Source of the DNA: Escherichia phage 215Ecol030PP
Sequence record: PP328843.1
Strand: one strand, 5' to 3'
Length of the DNA stretch: 64,000 nucleotides
Below the pieces are notes generated by a model. It had not been told where the DNA came from. It was given only the letters and a program-made list of their open reading frames with translations, and searched no databases. Position numbers and translations under genes: made by a program. Of this stretch, positions 1 to 10,330 are shown piece after piece. Each line of letters starts with the position of its first letter. Within the stretch, counting starts at the first letter, position 1.

Positions 1-41
1 TGACGCCTATATGGCTCTCGCAGAGGCCATGAAAAAAGCGT

Positions 42-49
42 TATAAATA
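42..49 (+). promoter_or_regulatory. T4-type late promoter (TATAAATA) upstream of gene 22
   Basis: Exact TATAAATA about 28 nt upstream of the gene 22 ATG. Confidence 0.55.
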
Positions 50-76
50 TTATTATCTAAACAACAGGACTACAAA

Positions 77-886
77 ATGCTTAAAGAACAACTGATTGCC
101 GAAGCGCAGAAAATTGATGCTTCCGTTGCTCTTGATAGTATTTTCGAATCAGTTAATATTTCTCCGGAAGCAAAAGAAACTTTCGGCACTGTATTCGAAG
201 CTACCGTCAAGCAGCACGCCGTTAAATTAGCTGAATCTCATATCGCTAAAATTGCTGAAAAAGCAGAAGAAGAAGTAGAAAAAAATAAAGAAGAAGCAGA
301 AGAAAAAGCTGAGAAGAAAATCGCTGAGCAAGCTTCTAAATTCCTTGACCATCTTGCAAAAGAATGGCTCACTGAAAATAAATTAGCAGTAGATAAAGGT
401 ATCAAAGCCGAACTGTTTGAATCCATGCTTGGTGGATTGAAAGAGCTCTTTGTTGAACACAACGTTGTTGTTCCAGAAGAATCAGTTGATGTTGTAGCTG
501 AAATGGAAGAAGAGCTGCAAGAACATAAAGAAGAATCAGCTCGTCTGTTCGAAGAACTCAATAAGCGTGACGCATATATCAATTATGTGCAGCGTGAAGT
601 GGCATTGAGCGAAAGTACTAAAGATCTGACTGAGTCTCAAAAAGAAAAAGTCTCTGCTCTGGTCGAAGGTATGGATTATTCAGATGCATTCTCAAGTAAA
701 TTGAGTGCAATCGTAGAAATGGTGAAGAAATCTAATAAAGATGAAAGCACTATTACTGAGAGTATAAATACTCCTGATACTGAAGCAGCCGGACTGAATT
801 TCGTCACTGAAGCTGTAGAAGATAAAGCTGCACCTGGTGCAGAAGATATTGTAAGTGTATATGCGAAAGTCGCATCTCGTTTCTAA
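77..886 (+). CDS. 22: Prohead core scaffold protein gp22
   Basis: 269 aa, acidic Glu/Lys-rich coiled-coil-like protein directly upstream of the major capsid gene; length and position match T4 gp22. Confidence 0.9.
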   Translation: MLKEQLIAEAQKIDASVALDSIFESVNISPEAKETFGTVFEATVKQHAVKLAESHIAKIAEKAEEEVEKNKEEAEEKAEKKIAEQASKFLDHLAKEWLTENKLAVDKGIKAELFESMLGGLKELFVEHNVVVPEESVDVVAEMEEELQEHKEESARLFEELNKRDAYINYVQREVALSESTKDLTESQKEKVSALVEGMDYSDAFSSKLSAIVEMVKKSNKDESTITESINTPDTEAAGLNFVTEAVEDKAAPGAEDIVSVYAKVASRF

Positions 887-904
887 TTTTAAAGGTTAAC
901 ACAA

Positions 905-2470
905 ATGACTATCAAAACTAAAGCTGAACTTTTGAACAAATGGAAGCCATTACTGGAAGGTGAAGGTTTACCGGAAATTGCTAATAGCAAACAAGCGATT
1001 ATCGCTAAAATCTTTGAAAACCAGGAAAAAGATTTCCAGACAGCTCCGGAATATAAAGACGAAAAAATTGCTCAGGCATTCGGTTCTTTCTTAACAGAAG
1101 CTGAAATCGGTGGTGACCACGGTTACAATGCTACCAACATCGCTGCAGGTCAGACTTCTGGCGCAGTAACTCAGATTGGCCCAGCTGTTATGGGTATGGT
1201 ACGTCGTGCTATTCCTAACCTGATTGCTTTCGATATTTGCGGTGTTCAGCCGATGAACAACCCGACTGGCCAGGTATTCGCAATGCGCGCAGTATATGGT
1301 AAAGACCCAATTGCTTCCGGTGCTAAAGAAGCATTCCACCCAATGTATGGTCCAGATGCAATGTTCTCTGGTCAGGGTGCTGCTAAGAAATTCCCAGCTC
1401 TGGCTGCTAGCACACAAACCACAGCAGGTGATATCTATACTCACTTCTTCCAGGACACTGGTACTGTGTATCTGCAAGCTTCTGCTCAAGTAACAATTAG
1501 TGCAAGCGCAACTGATGCAGATAAATTAGATGCTGAAATTAAGAAACAAATGGAAGCTGGTGCACTGGTAGAAATCGCTGAAGGTATGGCTACTTCTATC
1601 GCTGAACTTCAGGAAGGTTTTAACGGTTCTACCGATAACCCATGGAATGAAATGGGCTTCCGTATCGATAAACAAGTTATCGAAGCTAAATCTCGTCAGC
1701 TGAAAGCTGCTTACTCTATTGAATTAGCACAAGACCTTCGCGCTGTTCACGGTATGGATGCTGATGCTGAACTGTCTGGTATTCTGGCTACCGAAATCAT
1801 GCTGGAAATCAACCGCGAAGTTGTTGATTGGATTAACTACTCCGCACAGGTTGGTAAATCTGGTATGACCCTGACTCCGGGTTCTAAAGCTGGTGTATTT
1901 GACTTCCAGGACCCAATCGATATTCGTGGTGCTCGCTGGGCAGGTGAATCCTTTAAAGCTCTGTTGTTCCAGATTGACAAAGAAGCAGTTGAAATTGCTC
2001 GTCAGACCGGTCGTGGTGAAGGTAACTTCATTATCGCTTCCCGTAACGTAGTTAACGTTCTGGCTTCAGTTGATACTGGCATTTCTTATGCTGCACAGGG
2101 TCTGGCTACCGGCTTTAACACTGATACTACCAAGTCAGTATTTGCTGGTGTTCTGGGTGGTAAATACCGTGTATATATCGACCAGTATGCTAAACAGGAT
2201 TATTTCACTGTAGGTTATAAAGGTCCGAACGAAATGGATGCTGGTATTTACTATGCTCCATATGTAGCTCTGACTCCGCTGCGTGGTTCCGATCCGAAGA
2301 ACTTCCAACCGGTAATGGGATTCAAAACTCGTTACGGTATCGGTATCAACCCATTTGCAGAATCCGCTGCTCAGGCTCCGGCTTCTCGCATCCAGAGCGG
2401 TATGCCTTCTATTCTGAATAGCCTTGGTAAAAACGCTTACTTTAGACGTGTATATGTTAAAGGTATCTAA
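905..2470 (+). CDS. 23: Major capsid protein gp23
   Basis: 521 aa; sequence recognised as T4 gp23 (HK97-fold major head protein); SD GGTTAA upstream. Confidence 0.95.
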   Translation: MTIKTKAELLNKWKPLLEGEGLPEIANSKQAIIAKIFENQEKDFQTAPEYKDEKIAQAFGSFLTEAEIGGDHGYNATNIAAGQTSGAVTQIGPAVMGMVRRAIPNLIAFDICGVQPMNNPTGQVFAMRAVYGKDPIASGAKEAFHPMYGPDAMFSGQGAAKKFPALAASTQTTAGDIYTHFFQDTGTVYLQASAQVTISASATDADKLDAEIKKQMEAGALVEIAEGMATSIAELQEGFNGSTDNPWNEMGFRIDKQVIEAKSRQLKAAYSIELAQDLRAVHGMDADAELSGILATEIMLEINREVVDWINYSAQVGKSGMTLTPGSKAGVFDFQDPIDIRGARWAGESFKALLFQIDKEAVEIARQTGRGEGNFIIASRNVVNVLASVDTGISYAAQGLATGFNTDTTKSVFAGVLGGKYRVYIDQYAKQDYFTVGYKGPNEMDAGIYYAPYVALTPLRGSDPKNFQPVMGFKTRYGIGINPFAESAAQAPASRIQSGMPSILNSLGKNAYFRRVYVKGI

Positions 2471-2485
2471 TCTTTGACGATTTAA

Positions 2486-2501
2486 GGGACCTTCGGGTCC
2501 C
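2486..2501 (+). terminator. GC hairpin (GGGACC-TTCG-GGTCCC) followed by T-run after gene 23
   Basis: Perfect inverted repeat with UUCG loop followed by TTTAGTTGTTTTT. Confidence 0.55.
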
Positions 2502-2518
2502 TTTAGTTGTTTTTATGG

Positions 2519-2526
2519 TATAAATA
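2519..2526 (+). promoter_or_regulatory. T4-type late promoter (TATAAATA) upstream of gene 24
   Basis: Exact TATAAATA 28 nt upstream of the gene 24 ATG. Confidence 0.55.
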
Positions 2527-2553
2527 AATCATATAAACTGAAAGGAAAGCGCA

Positions 2554-3837
2554 ATGGCTAAAATCAACGAACTTCTGCGCGAATCAACCACAACGAATAG
2601 CAACTCAATCGGTCGCCCAAATCTCGTTGCTTTGACTCGCGCTACCACTAAATTAATATATTCTGACATTGTAGCAACGCAAAGAACTAATCAACCTGTT
2701 GCTGCTTTTTATGGTATCAAATACCTTAACCCAGACAATGAATTTACATTTAAAACTGGTGCTACTTACGCTGGCGAAGCCGGATATGTAGACCGAGAAC
2801 AAATCACAGAATTAACAGAAGAGTCTAAATTAACTCTCAATAAAGGCGATTTATTCAAATATAATAATATCGTTTATAAAGTATTAGAAGATACACCATT
2901 TGCTGATATTGAAGAAAGCGATTTAGAATTAGCTCTTCAGATTGCAATCGTTCTTTTAAAGGTTCGTCTATTTTCTGATGCTGCAGTAACAAGCAAATTT
3001 GAAAACTCTGATAGCGAAATTGCGGATGCTAGATTCCAGATTAATAAATGGCAAACCGCAGTTAAATCTCGTAAACTTAAAACTGGCATCACAGTTGAAT
3101 TAGCACAAGATTTAGAAGCAAACGGATTCGATGCTCCTAATTTCTTGGAAGATTTGCTTGCAACTGAAATGGCGGATGAAATCAATAAAGATATTCTGCA
3201 GTCTTTGATTACAGTATCAAAACGCTATAAAGTTACAGGAATTACTGATACTGGATTCATTGATTTGAGTTATGCATCTGCACCTGAAGCTGGTCGTTCA
3301 TTATACCGAATGGTATGTGAAATGGTTTCACATATCCAGAAAGAATCAACTTATACAGCAACGTTCTGTGTTGCTTCAGCTCGTGCCGCTGCGATTCTTG
3401 CTGCATCAGGTTGGTTAAAACATAAACCAGAAGATGACAAATATCTTTCACAAAATGCCTACGGGTTCTTAGCTAATGGTTTACCGCTTTATTGCGATAC
3501 CAACAGTCCATTAGATTATGTAATCGTTGGCGTAGTAGAAAATATTGGTGAAAAAGAAATTGTTGGATCAATTTTCTATGCTCCGTATACAGAAGGTCTT
3601 GACTTAGATGACCCTGAACATGTAGGTGCATTTAAAGTTGTAGTTGATCCAGAAAGTTTGCAGCCATCTATCGGTTTATTAGTTAGATATGCTTTATCTG
3701 CAAATCCTTACACTGTAGCAAAAGATGAAAAAGAAGCAAGAATAATTGATGGTGGAGACATGGATAAAATGGCGGGTCGTTCAGATTTGTCTGTTTTATT
3801 AGGTGTTAAGCTACCAAAAATTATTGTTGATGAATAA
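2554..3837 (+). CDS. 24: Capsid vertex protein gp24
   Basis: 427 aa, paralogous to gp23 in the ORF translation; T4 gp24 length and position. Confidence 0.92.
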   Translation: MAKINELLRESTTTNSNSIGRPNLVALTRATTKLIYSDIVATQRTNQPVAAFYGIKYLNPDNEFTFKTGATYAGEAGYVDREQITELTEESKLTLNKGDLFKYNNIVYKVLEDTPFADIEESDLELALQIAIVLLKVRLFSDAAVTSKFENSDSEIADARFQINKWQTAVKSRKLKTGITVELAQDLEANGFDAPNFLEDLLATEMADEINKDILQSLITVSKRYKVTGITDTGFIDLSYASAPEAGRSLYRMVCEMVSHIQKESTYTATFCVASARAAAILAASGWLKHKPEDDKYLSQNAYGFLANGLPLYCDTNSPLDYVIVGVVENIGEKEIVGSIFYAPYTEGLDLDDPEHVGAFKVVVDPESLQPSIGLLVRYALSANPYTVAKDEKEARIIDGGDMDKMAGRSDLSVLLGVKLPKIIVDE

Positions 3838-3843
3838 AACAAA

Positions 3844-3859
3844 GGGACCTTTCGGTCCC
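3844..3859. terminator. Hairpin between convergent genes 24 and rnlB (likely bidirectional terminator)
   Basis: GGGACC..GGTCCC inverted repeat flanked by A-run and T-run. Confidence 0.5.
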
Positions 3860-3866
3860 TTTTTAT

Positions 3867-4871
3867 TTAGCTCACCAATTCAATCCAAGCCGGACGAAGT
3901 ACATCTTGCACCATTTTAACTAATTCCTTTTTAATCAAAGAAGGATTATCTGCTTGAGTTAAAGTAATACCTTCACGAGAAGTTTCTTCCAAAATATCTT
4001 GAACAGTTAGTCCCATCACCTTTCCAAAATCTTTAGGACCAATTTCACCAATTTTAGAAATAACGTTATTTACTCGGTTCAGTGTAACGTAACAAGCTAA
4101 AATTCCAACCAATTTGTTATCAGCTTCTGACAGTTCAACTTTAGCTTTAATAGGCTTATCAGACTTTTTCTTTTCACTAAATTTAGAGTTCTTGCATTTG
4201 ATAGCTACGCGATTGCCATTAGGCATCCAAGAAGGATAACAAGGTTTCAATACATATCCTTCAGCGGTAAATACTTCGCCTTTTACTTCAGCATTCCAAA
4301 CGCATTTATTTGCATCAACTAATCCAGCATGGTCTACCGTAAAATTATAATCCTGGACGACAGAATCTAAATCATTTGGCAATTTAATAAGTTCTTCAAA
4401 TTTACCGCGACCTAAAAGTGGAGCCATTTTAAATTTAAATGTATTGCAGAATGATTCCATCATATAATCATCGACATAAGTCACATCACCACTTTCTGTA
4501 GTAACAATAATGTCAAATACATAAAAATCTTTATCGCCATAATCGACATTCTTCTGAATGCCAGGTCCAGCGAATTCGCCAAAAACTTGATAAGATACAA
4601 CCGCTGAAGTTTCCATAATATCTTGTACTGCTTTAATGGAATCAGCGTAATTCTTCAAAATAATTTCATACCCAAAGAAATCTTCAGCAGGAAGAATAGG
4701 ACCAGTACGTTTAGCACAAGTTGCTTTATCGCGTTCAATAATCAGTGAGAAATTTGTGCCATGAATCTTTTCACGAGCTACCCATTCGCCGCCAGTCAAT
4801 CCTAAACTATAAAGTTTTTCAATGAATTTAGAATTGTAATGATTTTCAAGACTGCTATACTTTTTAAACAT
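3867..4871 (-). CDS. rnlB: RNA ligase 2 (Rnl2)
   Basis: 334 aa; sequence recognised as T4 Rnl2 including the nucleotidyltransferase lysine motif (EKIHGTN). Confidence 0.92.
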   Translation of the reverse strand: MFKKYSSLENHYNSKFIEKLYSLGLTGGEWVAREKIHGTNFSLIIERDKATCAKRTGPILPAEDFFGYEIILKNYADSIKAVQDIMETSAVVSYQVFGEFAGPGIQKNVDYGDKDFYVFDIIVTTESGDVTYVDDYMMESFCNTFKFKMAPLLGRGKFEELIKLPNDLDSVVQDYNFTVDHAGLVDANKCVWNAEVKGEVFTAEGYVLKPCYPSWMPNGNRVAIKCKNSKFSEKKKSDKPIKAKVELSEADNKLVGILACYVTLNRVNNVISKIGEIGPKDFGKVMGLTVQDILEETSREGITLTQADNPSLIKKELVKMVQDVLRPAWIELVS

Positions 4872-4880
4872 AATTAATCC

Positions 4881-5159
4881 TCAAAATGTAATTTCTAACC
4901 AATCACCATCACGCTGGTCACTATTGACTTTAAAGCTAAATCCTTCTTTTCTCAGCCAATCACCAATTTCTTCAGTAATCAATTTATCGCGAGCAGTGCA
5001 ATAATAACTAAAATATGTTTTACCTTGTTCAGCTGCTTTATTAGCAAGTTCCGAAAAATCTTTAATAAAACACTCTAGCTTAAACTGTTTGCTTTTAAGT
5101 GCTTTTTCGCGTAATTGATTAGCAAAAGATTCATTTTCATAAAGATCATACTGTTCCAT
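4881..5159 (-). CDS. Hypothetical protein (position of T4 24.2)
   Basis: 92-aa ORF, tightly packed with neighbours. Confidence 0.55.
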   Translation of the reverse strand: MEQYDLYENESFANQLREKALKSKQFKLECFIKDFSELANKAAEQGKTYFSYYCTARDKLITEEIGDWLRKEGFSFKVNSDQRDGDWLEITF

Positions 5160-5361
5160 TTTTCACCTTCTTATTAATATGTCTTTTTCTATAGACAACT
5201 TTTTCTCGAGTCTCAAATTTATTCTTAGCAGTCATAGCTCGAGCCCATAATACAGCCACTTCTTTCGCCTGTAAGTTCAATTCACGAGCAATTTCAATGA
5301 ATGACTTTCCAGACTCATGAAGAGTAAACACCACAACCTCAGTTCTCATAATCAATCTCAT
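5146..5361 (-). CDS. Hypothetical protein (position of T4 24.3)
   Basis: 71-aa ORF overlapping the downstream ORF by 14 nt. Confidence 0.5.
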   Translation of the reverse strand: MRLIMRTEVVVFTLHESGKSFIEIARELNLQAKEVAVLWARAMTAKNKFETREKVVYRKRHINKKVKNGTV

Positions 5362-5449
5362 GTTATCGAGTTGGTGCCATTATATACATCGTTTTCTGAT
5401 TGTGGTTTGTGTGCTTTCAAAATGAAGAAAGGGGCCGAAGCCCCTGAGA

Positions 5450-6868
5450 TTATGGATAGGTATAGATGATACCAGTTTCTAAAGCAGTTTTATGAATGAT
5501 GTATCCATTACGCGATTCTTGGACATCAACTTCTGGATAATCTTTCATCATCTTCTGAAGAGTGTAACGATGCAGGTAGTATTTACTATCTGGATCTTCA
5601 GTTTTCCAATCTTTACCTTCTTCAGTCATTTTTTGGATTTCATCCATAACCCACCAACCGCACCAGATGTAAGCTGAGCTACGATGTGGAAGAGGATGAA
5701 CATAAGGTAATTCACCTTCTGGTTCCGGAGCAGCTTTATCAGTTACCTGAACTTGACCTTCTGCTGTAATAGTTTTGCTATCATAATCAGCAGCAGTAAC
5801 AGTTGCAGTAACTTCAATAGTTTGACTTCCAACAGATGATGTATCAACGGTGTATACATTAGTTGACCCTTCTACAGGAGAAGAATCTTTCTTCCATGAA
5901 TACGTAATTTGCGCTTCTTCCGGAGCATCCGTAACGTTAGCAGTAAATGTAGCCGAAGCATCTTGCTGAACATTAATAGAAGGAGGAGTCAATGTAACCT
6001 GTGGATTCATTGTCTTCTTATTAACTGTCAATGATACTTCATTAGAAGTAACTTCCTTTTCATTATAATTTTCTGCAGTTACTTGGGCTACGCATTTAAT
6101 TCTTTTTACTCCACTTGTAGTTGGAGTATAGTTAAATGTAGAGTTAGTTTCTCCACCAACTTGTGAATCATCTACATACCACTGATACGTAGCAGACGCT
6201 CCGTCAGGTTGAGAAGCTAATGCAGCAGTAAATTGAACCGGGGTTCCAATTACTCCAGCAGCAGGACTAGCAGGAGTTACTGCCAAGGTAGTTGTCTGTG
6301 TCTTTTTATTAACTGTCAATGATACTTCATTGGAAGTAACGCTCAGTGCATCATAATCTGTCGCAGTTACTTGAGCTACACACTTAATTTTTTTAACTCC
6401 GCTTGTAGTAGGAGTATAATTGAATGTAGCAGAAGTTGCTTCGCTCACAGGAGAACCGTCAACGTACCATTGATACGTAGCAGATGCGCCCGATGGCTGC
6501 GAAGCTAAAGCAGCAGTAAATTCAACAGCTGTTCCGATTACTCCTTCTGGAGGACTATTAGGAGTTACAGCTAAGGTAGTTGTCTGTGTCTTATTTTGAA
6601 CTGTGATAGTTGTACTAATTTCAGCTGTTTCAGCTTCAGCTTCTGGAACTGTATTTGTTGCAACCACTTTAATAGTCTTTTGACCAGCAGGTCCTTTTAA
6701 TACATAATTAAAGGTTGCTTCAGCTCCATCCTGTGGAACATTATCTACACTCCAAGCATAGGTAATAGTTCCACCTTCAGTTTGACCACTGGGTGCAGCA
6801 GTAAACTGCTTGGTTTCATCAATAACCCCCGTTGGTGTTTTAGGAGTTATATCAACTGTAAAAGTCAT
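5450..6868 (-). CDS. hoc: Highly immunogenic outer capsid protein Hoc, with an extra Ig-like domain
   Basis: 472 aa; tandem Ig-like repeats and conserved C-terminal capsid-binding region; T4 Hoc is 376 aa, so about 96 aa (one domain) longer. Confidence 0.85.
   Translation of the reverse strand: MTFTVDITPKTPTGVIDETKQFTAAPSGQTEGGTITYAWSVDNVPQDGAEATFNYVLKGPAGQKTIKVVATNTVPEAEAETAEISTTITVQNKTQTTTLAVTPNSPPEGVIGTAVEFTAALASQPSGASATYQWYVDGSPVSEATSATFNYTPTTSGVKKIKCVAQVTATDYDALSVTSNEVSLTVNKKTQTTTLAVTPASPAAGVIGTPVQFTAALASQPDGASATYQWYVDDSQVGGETNSTFNYTPTTSGVKRIKCVAQVTAENYNEKEVTSNEVSLTVNKKTMNPQVTLTPPSINVQQDASATFTANVTDAPEEAQITYSWKKDSSPVEGSTNVYTVDTSSVGSQTIEVTATVTAADYDSKTITAEGQVQVTDKAAPEPEGELPYVHPLPHRSSAYIWCGWWVMDEIQKMTEEGKDWKTEDPDSKYYLHRYTLQKMMKDYPEVDVQESRNGYIIHKTALETGIIYTYP
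6013..6588 (-). repeat. Imperfect tandem duplication (2 x about 288 bp) encoding two roughly 80 percent identical Ig-like domains of Hoc
   Basis: Protein segments QTTTLAVTP...SLTVNKKT occur twice consecutively; approximate boundaries. Confidence 0.7.
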
Positions 6869-6877
6869 AAGTTATCC

Positions 6878-7558
6878 TTATTTTAATGTTACGAAAGAAG
6901 AATTACGTGTTTCACGAATTAGAACTGATCCGTCACGATTAATGTAGTAAATTAAGCTAAATAAAGTTTGGTGTGCTGACGCGTGTTCAAAACTAGTTGG
7001 GTGAGATTTCCAATCCGGAGTTTCAGCAATCCACTGGTAAATCCACCAAGGAACGGTGCAGAATCCTGGATTTTTTCCAATCAGCTGAAGATTCGGACTA
7101 AAGTTTTCCGGAAGAGTAAATACAGACAGCTTTTCAGATTCAATAATCTCAGCTACAGCCTGCTCGAATTTTTCTTCAACAAAAGGAGTATCTTCAATCA
7201 AAACATCGGTATTTTCAGGAATTTTATCCGTTTCTACTACTTCAATTTTAATGTCAGATTTAACCGGAGAATCAATCAGAAGTGCTGCTTCTGGATTGAC
7301 TTCTTCATCGTCATATTTTAATCCGTCTGCGGCATCAGCAGCATCAATTAAGTCTTTAATAGATAACCCATCAGTCTCTGGCATAGGTTCACTAGCGAGC
7401 TTCTGGAGAGCTTCTTCAATATCATTAACGATATTATCAAAAGATTTATTCTTTTTGACCTTTATACCAAACTGTTCAGCATATTCAGCTAATTTAGCTT
7501 TAGCTTCTTTGTTATCATCAAGAGCCTTCAGCTCTGCAATATAATCTTTATCTATCAT
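6878..7558 (-). CDS. inh: Inh, inhibitor of the prohead protease
   Basis: 226 aa, adjacent to hoc as in T4. Confidence 0.7.
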   Translation of the reverse strand: MIDKDYIAELKALDDNKEAKAKLAEYAEQFGIKVKKNKSFDNIVNDIEEALQKLASEPMPETDGLSIKDLIDAADAADGLKYDDEEVNPEAALLIDSPVKSDIKIEVVETDKIPENTDVLIEDTPFVEEKFEQAVAEIIESEKLSVFTLPENFSPNLQLIGKNPGFCTVPWWIYQWIAETPDWKSHPTSFEHASAHQTLFSLIYYINRDGSVLIRETRNSSFVTLK

Positions 7559-7571
7559 AATATTTCCTCAG

Positions 7572-7579
7572 TATAAATA
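7572..7579 (+). promoter_or_regulatory. T4-type late promoter (TATAAATA) upstream of uvsW
   Basis: Exact TATAAATA 30 nt upstream of the uvsW ATG. Confidence 0.55.
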
Positions 7580-7608
7580 TAGATATATTTATTACATGGT
7601 ATTTAGAC

Positions 7609-9120
7609 ATGACTGACATTAAAGTACATTTTTATGATTTTAGTCACGTGAGAATTGATTGTGAAGAAAGTACATTTCATGAACTCCGTGATTTCTTTAG
7701 CTTTGAAGCTGATGGGTATCGTTTTAATCCGAAGTACAGATATGGCCACTGGGATGGACGAATCCGTCTGTTAGATTATAATCGTCTTCTTCCATTCGGC
7801 TTAGTCGGGCAAATTAAAAAGTTCTGTGATAACTTTGGCTATAAAGCCTGGATTGACCCACAAATTAACGAAAAAGAAGAATTATCAAGAAAAGATTTTG
7901 ATGAATGGCTTTCTAAATTAGAAATCTATTCAGGAAATAAAAGAATTGAACCACACTGGTATCAAAAAGATGCAGTGTTCGAAGGATTAGTTAATCGTCG
8001 TAGAATTCTTAATCTTCCAACATCCGCTGGTAAATCTTTAATTCAAGCTTTGCTTGCGCGATATTATTTGGAAAATTATGAAGGTAAAATTCTTATCATT
8101 GTTCCAACAACTGCTCTGACAACTCAGATGGCTGATGACTTCGTCGACTATCGTTTATTCAGTCATGCAATGATAAAGAAAATTGGTGGCGGAGCATCAA
8201 AAGATGATAAATATAAAAATGATGCACCGGTCGTTGTTGGTACATGGCAAACTGTAGTAAAACAACCGAAAGAATGGTTCTCACAGTTTGGAATGATGAT
8301 GAATGATGAATGTCATCTTGCTACAGGAAAAAGTATTTCATCTATCATATCAGGTTTAAATAACTGCATGTTCAAATTTGGTCTATCAGGTTCATTACGT
8401 GATGGCAAAGCCAATATCATGCAGTATGTTGGAATGTTTGGTGAAATATTTAAGCCAGTAACGACTTCTAAGTTAATGGAAGATGGACAAGTAACTGAGC
8501 TAAAAATTAATAGTATTTTTCTTCGCTATCCCGATGAGTTCACTACTAAATTAAAGGGAAAAACTTACCAAGAAGAAATAAAAATTATTACTGGGCTCAG
8601 TAAAAGAAATAAATGGATCGCTAAATTAGCTATTAAGCTTGCACAAAAAGATGAAAACGCTTTTGTCATGTTTAAACATGTATCGCATGGTAAAGCTATT
8701 TTCGATTTAATTAAAAATGAATACGATAAAGTTTATTACGTATCAGGGGAAGTTGATACCGAAACCCGCAACGTAATGAAAACCTTAGCTGAAAATGGTA
8801 AAGGAATAATTATAGTAGCTAGTTATGGTGTATTTTCTACTGGTATTTCAGTTAAAAATCTGCATCATGTTGTTTTAGCGCACGGCGTTAAATCAAAAAT
8901 CATTGTATTACAAACAATCGGTCGTGTATTACGTAAGCATGGTTCTAAAACAATCGCAACAGTCTGGGACCTCATAGATGACGCGGGCGTCAAGCCAAAA
9001 TCTGCTAATACGAAAAAGAAATATGTTCATTTGAACTATCTTTTAAAACACGGCATTGATCGTATTCAGCGCTACGCAGATGAAAAATTTAATTACGTAA
9101 TGAAAACAGTTAATTTATAA
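7609..9120 (+). CDS. uvsW: UvsW RNA-DNA and DNA helicase (SF2)
   Basis: 503 aa; Walker A (PTSAGKS) and DECH box present; matches T4 UvsW. Confidence 0.92.
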   Translation: MTDIKVHFYDFSHVRIDCEESTFHELRDFFSFEADGYRFNPKYRYGHWDGRIRLLDYNRLLPFGLVGQIKKFCDNFGYKAWIDPQINEKEELSRKDFDEWLSKLEIYSGNKRIEPHWYQKDAVFEGLVNRRRILNLPTSAGKSLIQALLARYYLENYEGKILIIVPTTALTTQMADDFVDYRLFSHAMIKKIGGGASKDDKYKNDAPVVVGTWQTVVKQPKEWFSQFGMMMNDECHLATGKSISSIISGLNNCMFKFGLSGSLRDGKANIMQYVGMFGEIFKPVTTSKLMEDGQVTELKINSIFLRYPDEFTTKLKGKTYQEEIKIITGLSKRNKWIAKLAIKLAQKDENAFVMFKHVSHGKAIFDLIKNEYDKVYYVSGEVDTETRNVMKTLAENGKGIIIVASYGVFSTGISVKNLHHVVLAHGVKSKIIVLQTIGRVLRKHGSKTIATVWDLIDDAGVKPKSANTKKKYVHLNYLLKHGIDRIQRYADEKFNYVMKTVNL

Positions 9121-9145
9121 GGGCTTCGGCCCTTTGGAGAAAAAG

Positions 9146-9376
9146 ATGTTACTAGGATTTAAACAATTTCTTTATGAAGCTTCTATTGATGAATTTATGG
9201 GTAAAATTGCCTCTTGCCAAACATTAGAAGGTCTAGAAGAACTTGAAGCTTATTACAAGAAAAGAGTCAAAGAAACTGAATTAAAAGATACTGATGACAT
9301 CTCAGTCAGAGATGCTTTGGCAGGAAAAAGAGCTGAATTAGAAGATTCAGATGATGAAGTAGAAGAAAGTTTTTAA
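9146..9376 (+). CDS. uvsW.1: UvsW.1 small acidic protein
   Basis: 76 aa from the ATG after a GGAG SD; the ORF track start at 9134 is a TTG. Confidence 0.75.
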   Translation: MLLGFKQFLYEASIDEFMGKIASCQTLEGLEELEAYYKKRVKETELKDTDDISVRDALAGKRAELEDSDDEVEESF

Positions 9377-9430
9377 ATAAAAAAGGCCCAACCAAAAAGG
9401 AAGGGCCAAAACTATAGACTAAAGGTCACA

Positions 9431-9598
9431 CTATAGCAAAAGTTGTGTTTCATTTAATTGTTCTTCCGAACTTTCTGAAACTGGTAGTTCTTTAATGTAA
9501 TTATAGCAAGGCCCAGGATGTACAGGACCTTTGTCTGTTTCAACAACCAATGCAGAATCGATTGGAGTTTTACAGACAACACAAATCTTATCTGACAT
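9431..9598 (-). CDS. Small Cys-containing hypothetical protein (position of T4 uvsY.-2)
   Basis: 55-aa ORF MSDKICVVCKTP... found by manual translation; below the ORF-track size cutoff. Confidence 0.4.
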   Translation of the reverse strand: MSDKICVVCKTPIDSALVVETDKGPVHPGPCYNYIKELPVSESSEEQLNETQLLL

Positions 9599-9626
9599 GA
9601 TTGTCTCCTCTGAATTATATATCTAT

Positions 9627-9851
9627 TTATACAACTCTCATATGCATATCAATGCCCATATCTTTAGAATAAAAATATTCATCAAGATATCCAGCAAATT
9701 TTCCTTTAATATAAAGGACATCTTCACCACACGGGTGGTCGGCCAGGATACGAATATCCTGACGCTTGAGATTATGCTTTTTCATTAAGAATTGAATTTC
9801 CGTTTCAAATTCTTCTTCATAATTAAAAGCATCATCAATGCTATATCTCAT
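9627..9851 (-). CDS. Hypothetical protein (position of T4 uvsY.-1)
   Basis: 74-aa ORF immediately downstream of uvsY with ATGA overlap. Confidence 0.55.
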   Translation of the reverse strand: MRYSIDDAFNYEEEFETEIQFLMKKHNLKRQDIRILADHPCGEDVLYIKGKFAGYLDEYFYSKDMGIDMHMRVV

Positions 9852-10264
9852 TATTTTCCAGCCTCAAATGCTCGCATGTCTTGAATATGCTTAATAGCAA
9901 ATCCACGTGATTTAATAGCATCAAGAGCTCCGCTACAGAAATCTAATAAAATCCCCCAATACTGTAACGAGGTATCAACCTTTAAAACATCCTTATCAGC
10001 TGATAGAACTGTCTTCATTTCTGATTTCTCGTAACGATCCATACTAAATTCATCACCATCTCCTCGTCCCGAGTAGTAGTCTAATCTAGCTTTAAGAGCA
10101 ACTTTTTTCTGTGCGTCAATTCTAAGCATTTCCTTTTTAATACTTGAATGCTTATTAAGCCATTTACTATATAACATCACATTATTAGCTGCTTCATACT
10201 GTAATTTAGTCGAATCTATAAACACATCTTTCTTCAATTCTTCTTGAAGATCTTCTAATCTCAT
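9851..10264 (-). CDS. uvsY: UvsY recombination mediator
   Basis: 137 aa; sequence recognised as T4 UvsY. Confidence 0.93.
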   Translation of the reverse strand: MRLEDLQEELKKDVFIDSTKLQYEAANNVMLYSKWLNKHSSIKKEMLRIDAQKKVALKARLDYYSGRGDGDEFSMDRYEKSEMKTVLSADKDVLKVDTSLQYWGILLDFCSGALDAIKSRGFAIKHIQDMRAFEAGK

Positions 10265-10330
10265 ATTGTTCTCTATTCAATTGTTATTGGATGGACTTAG
10301 ATTCATTATACCACGTTTATACGTGAAGCA

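Noticed and set aside
238-582. 114-aa ORF antisense to gene 22
   Set aside because: Lies entirely within the well-supported gp22 coding region on the opposite strand, is Ser-rich low-complexity, and has no ribosome-binding site; likely a non-coding shadow ORF.
9121-9132. Hairpin GGGCTTCGGCCC at the uvsW stop as a terminator
   Set aside because: It overlaps the uvsW stop codon and is followed by the uvsW.1 ribosome-binding site rather than a T-run; more likely an RNA stability or translational-coupling structure, so not annotated.
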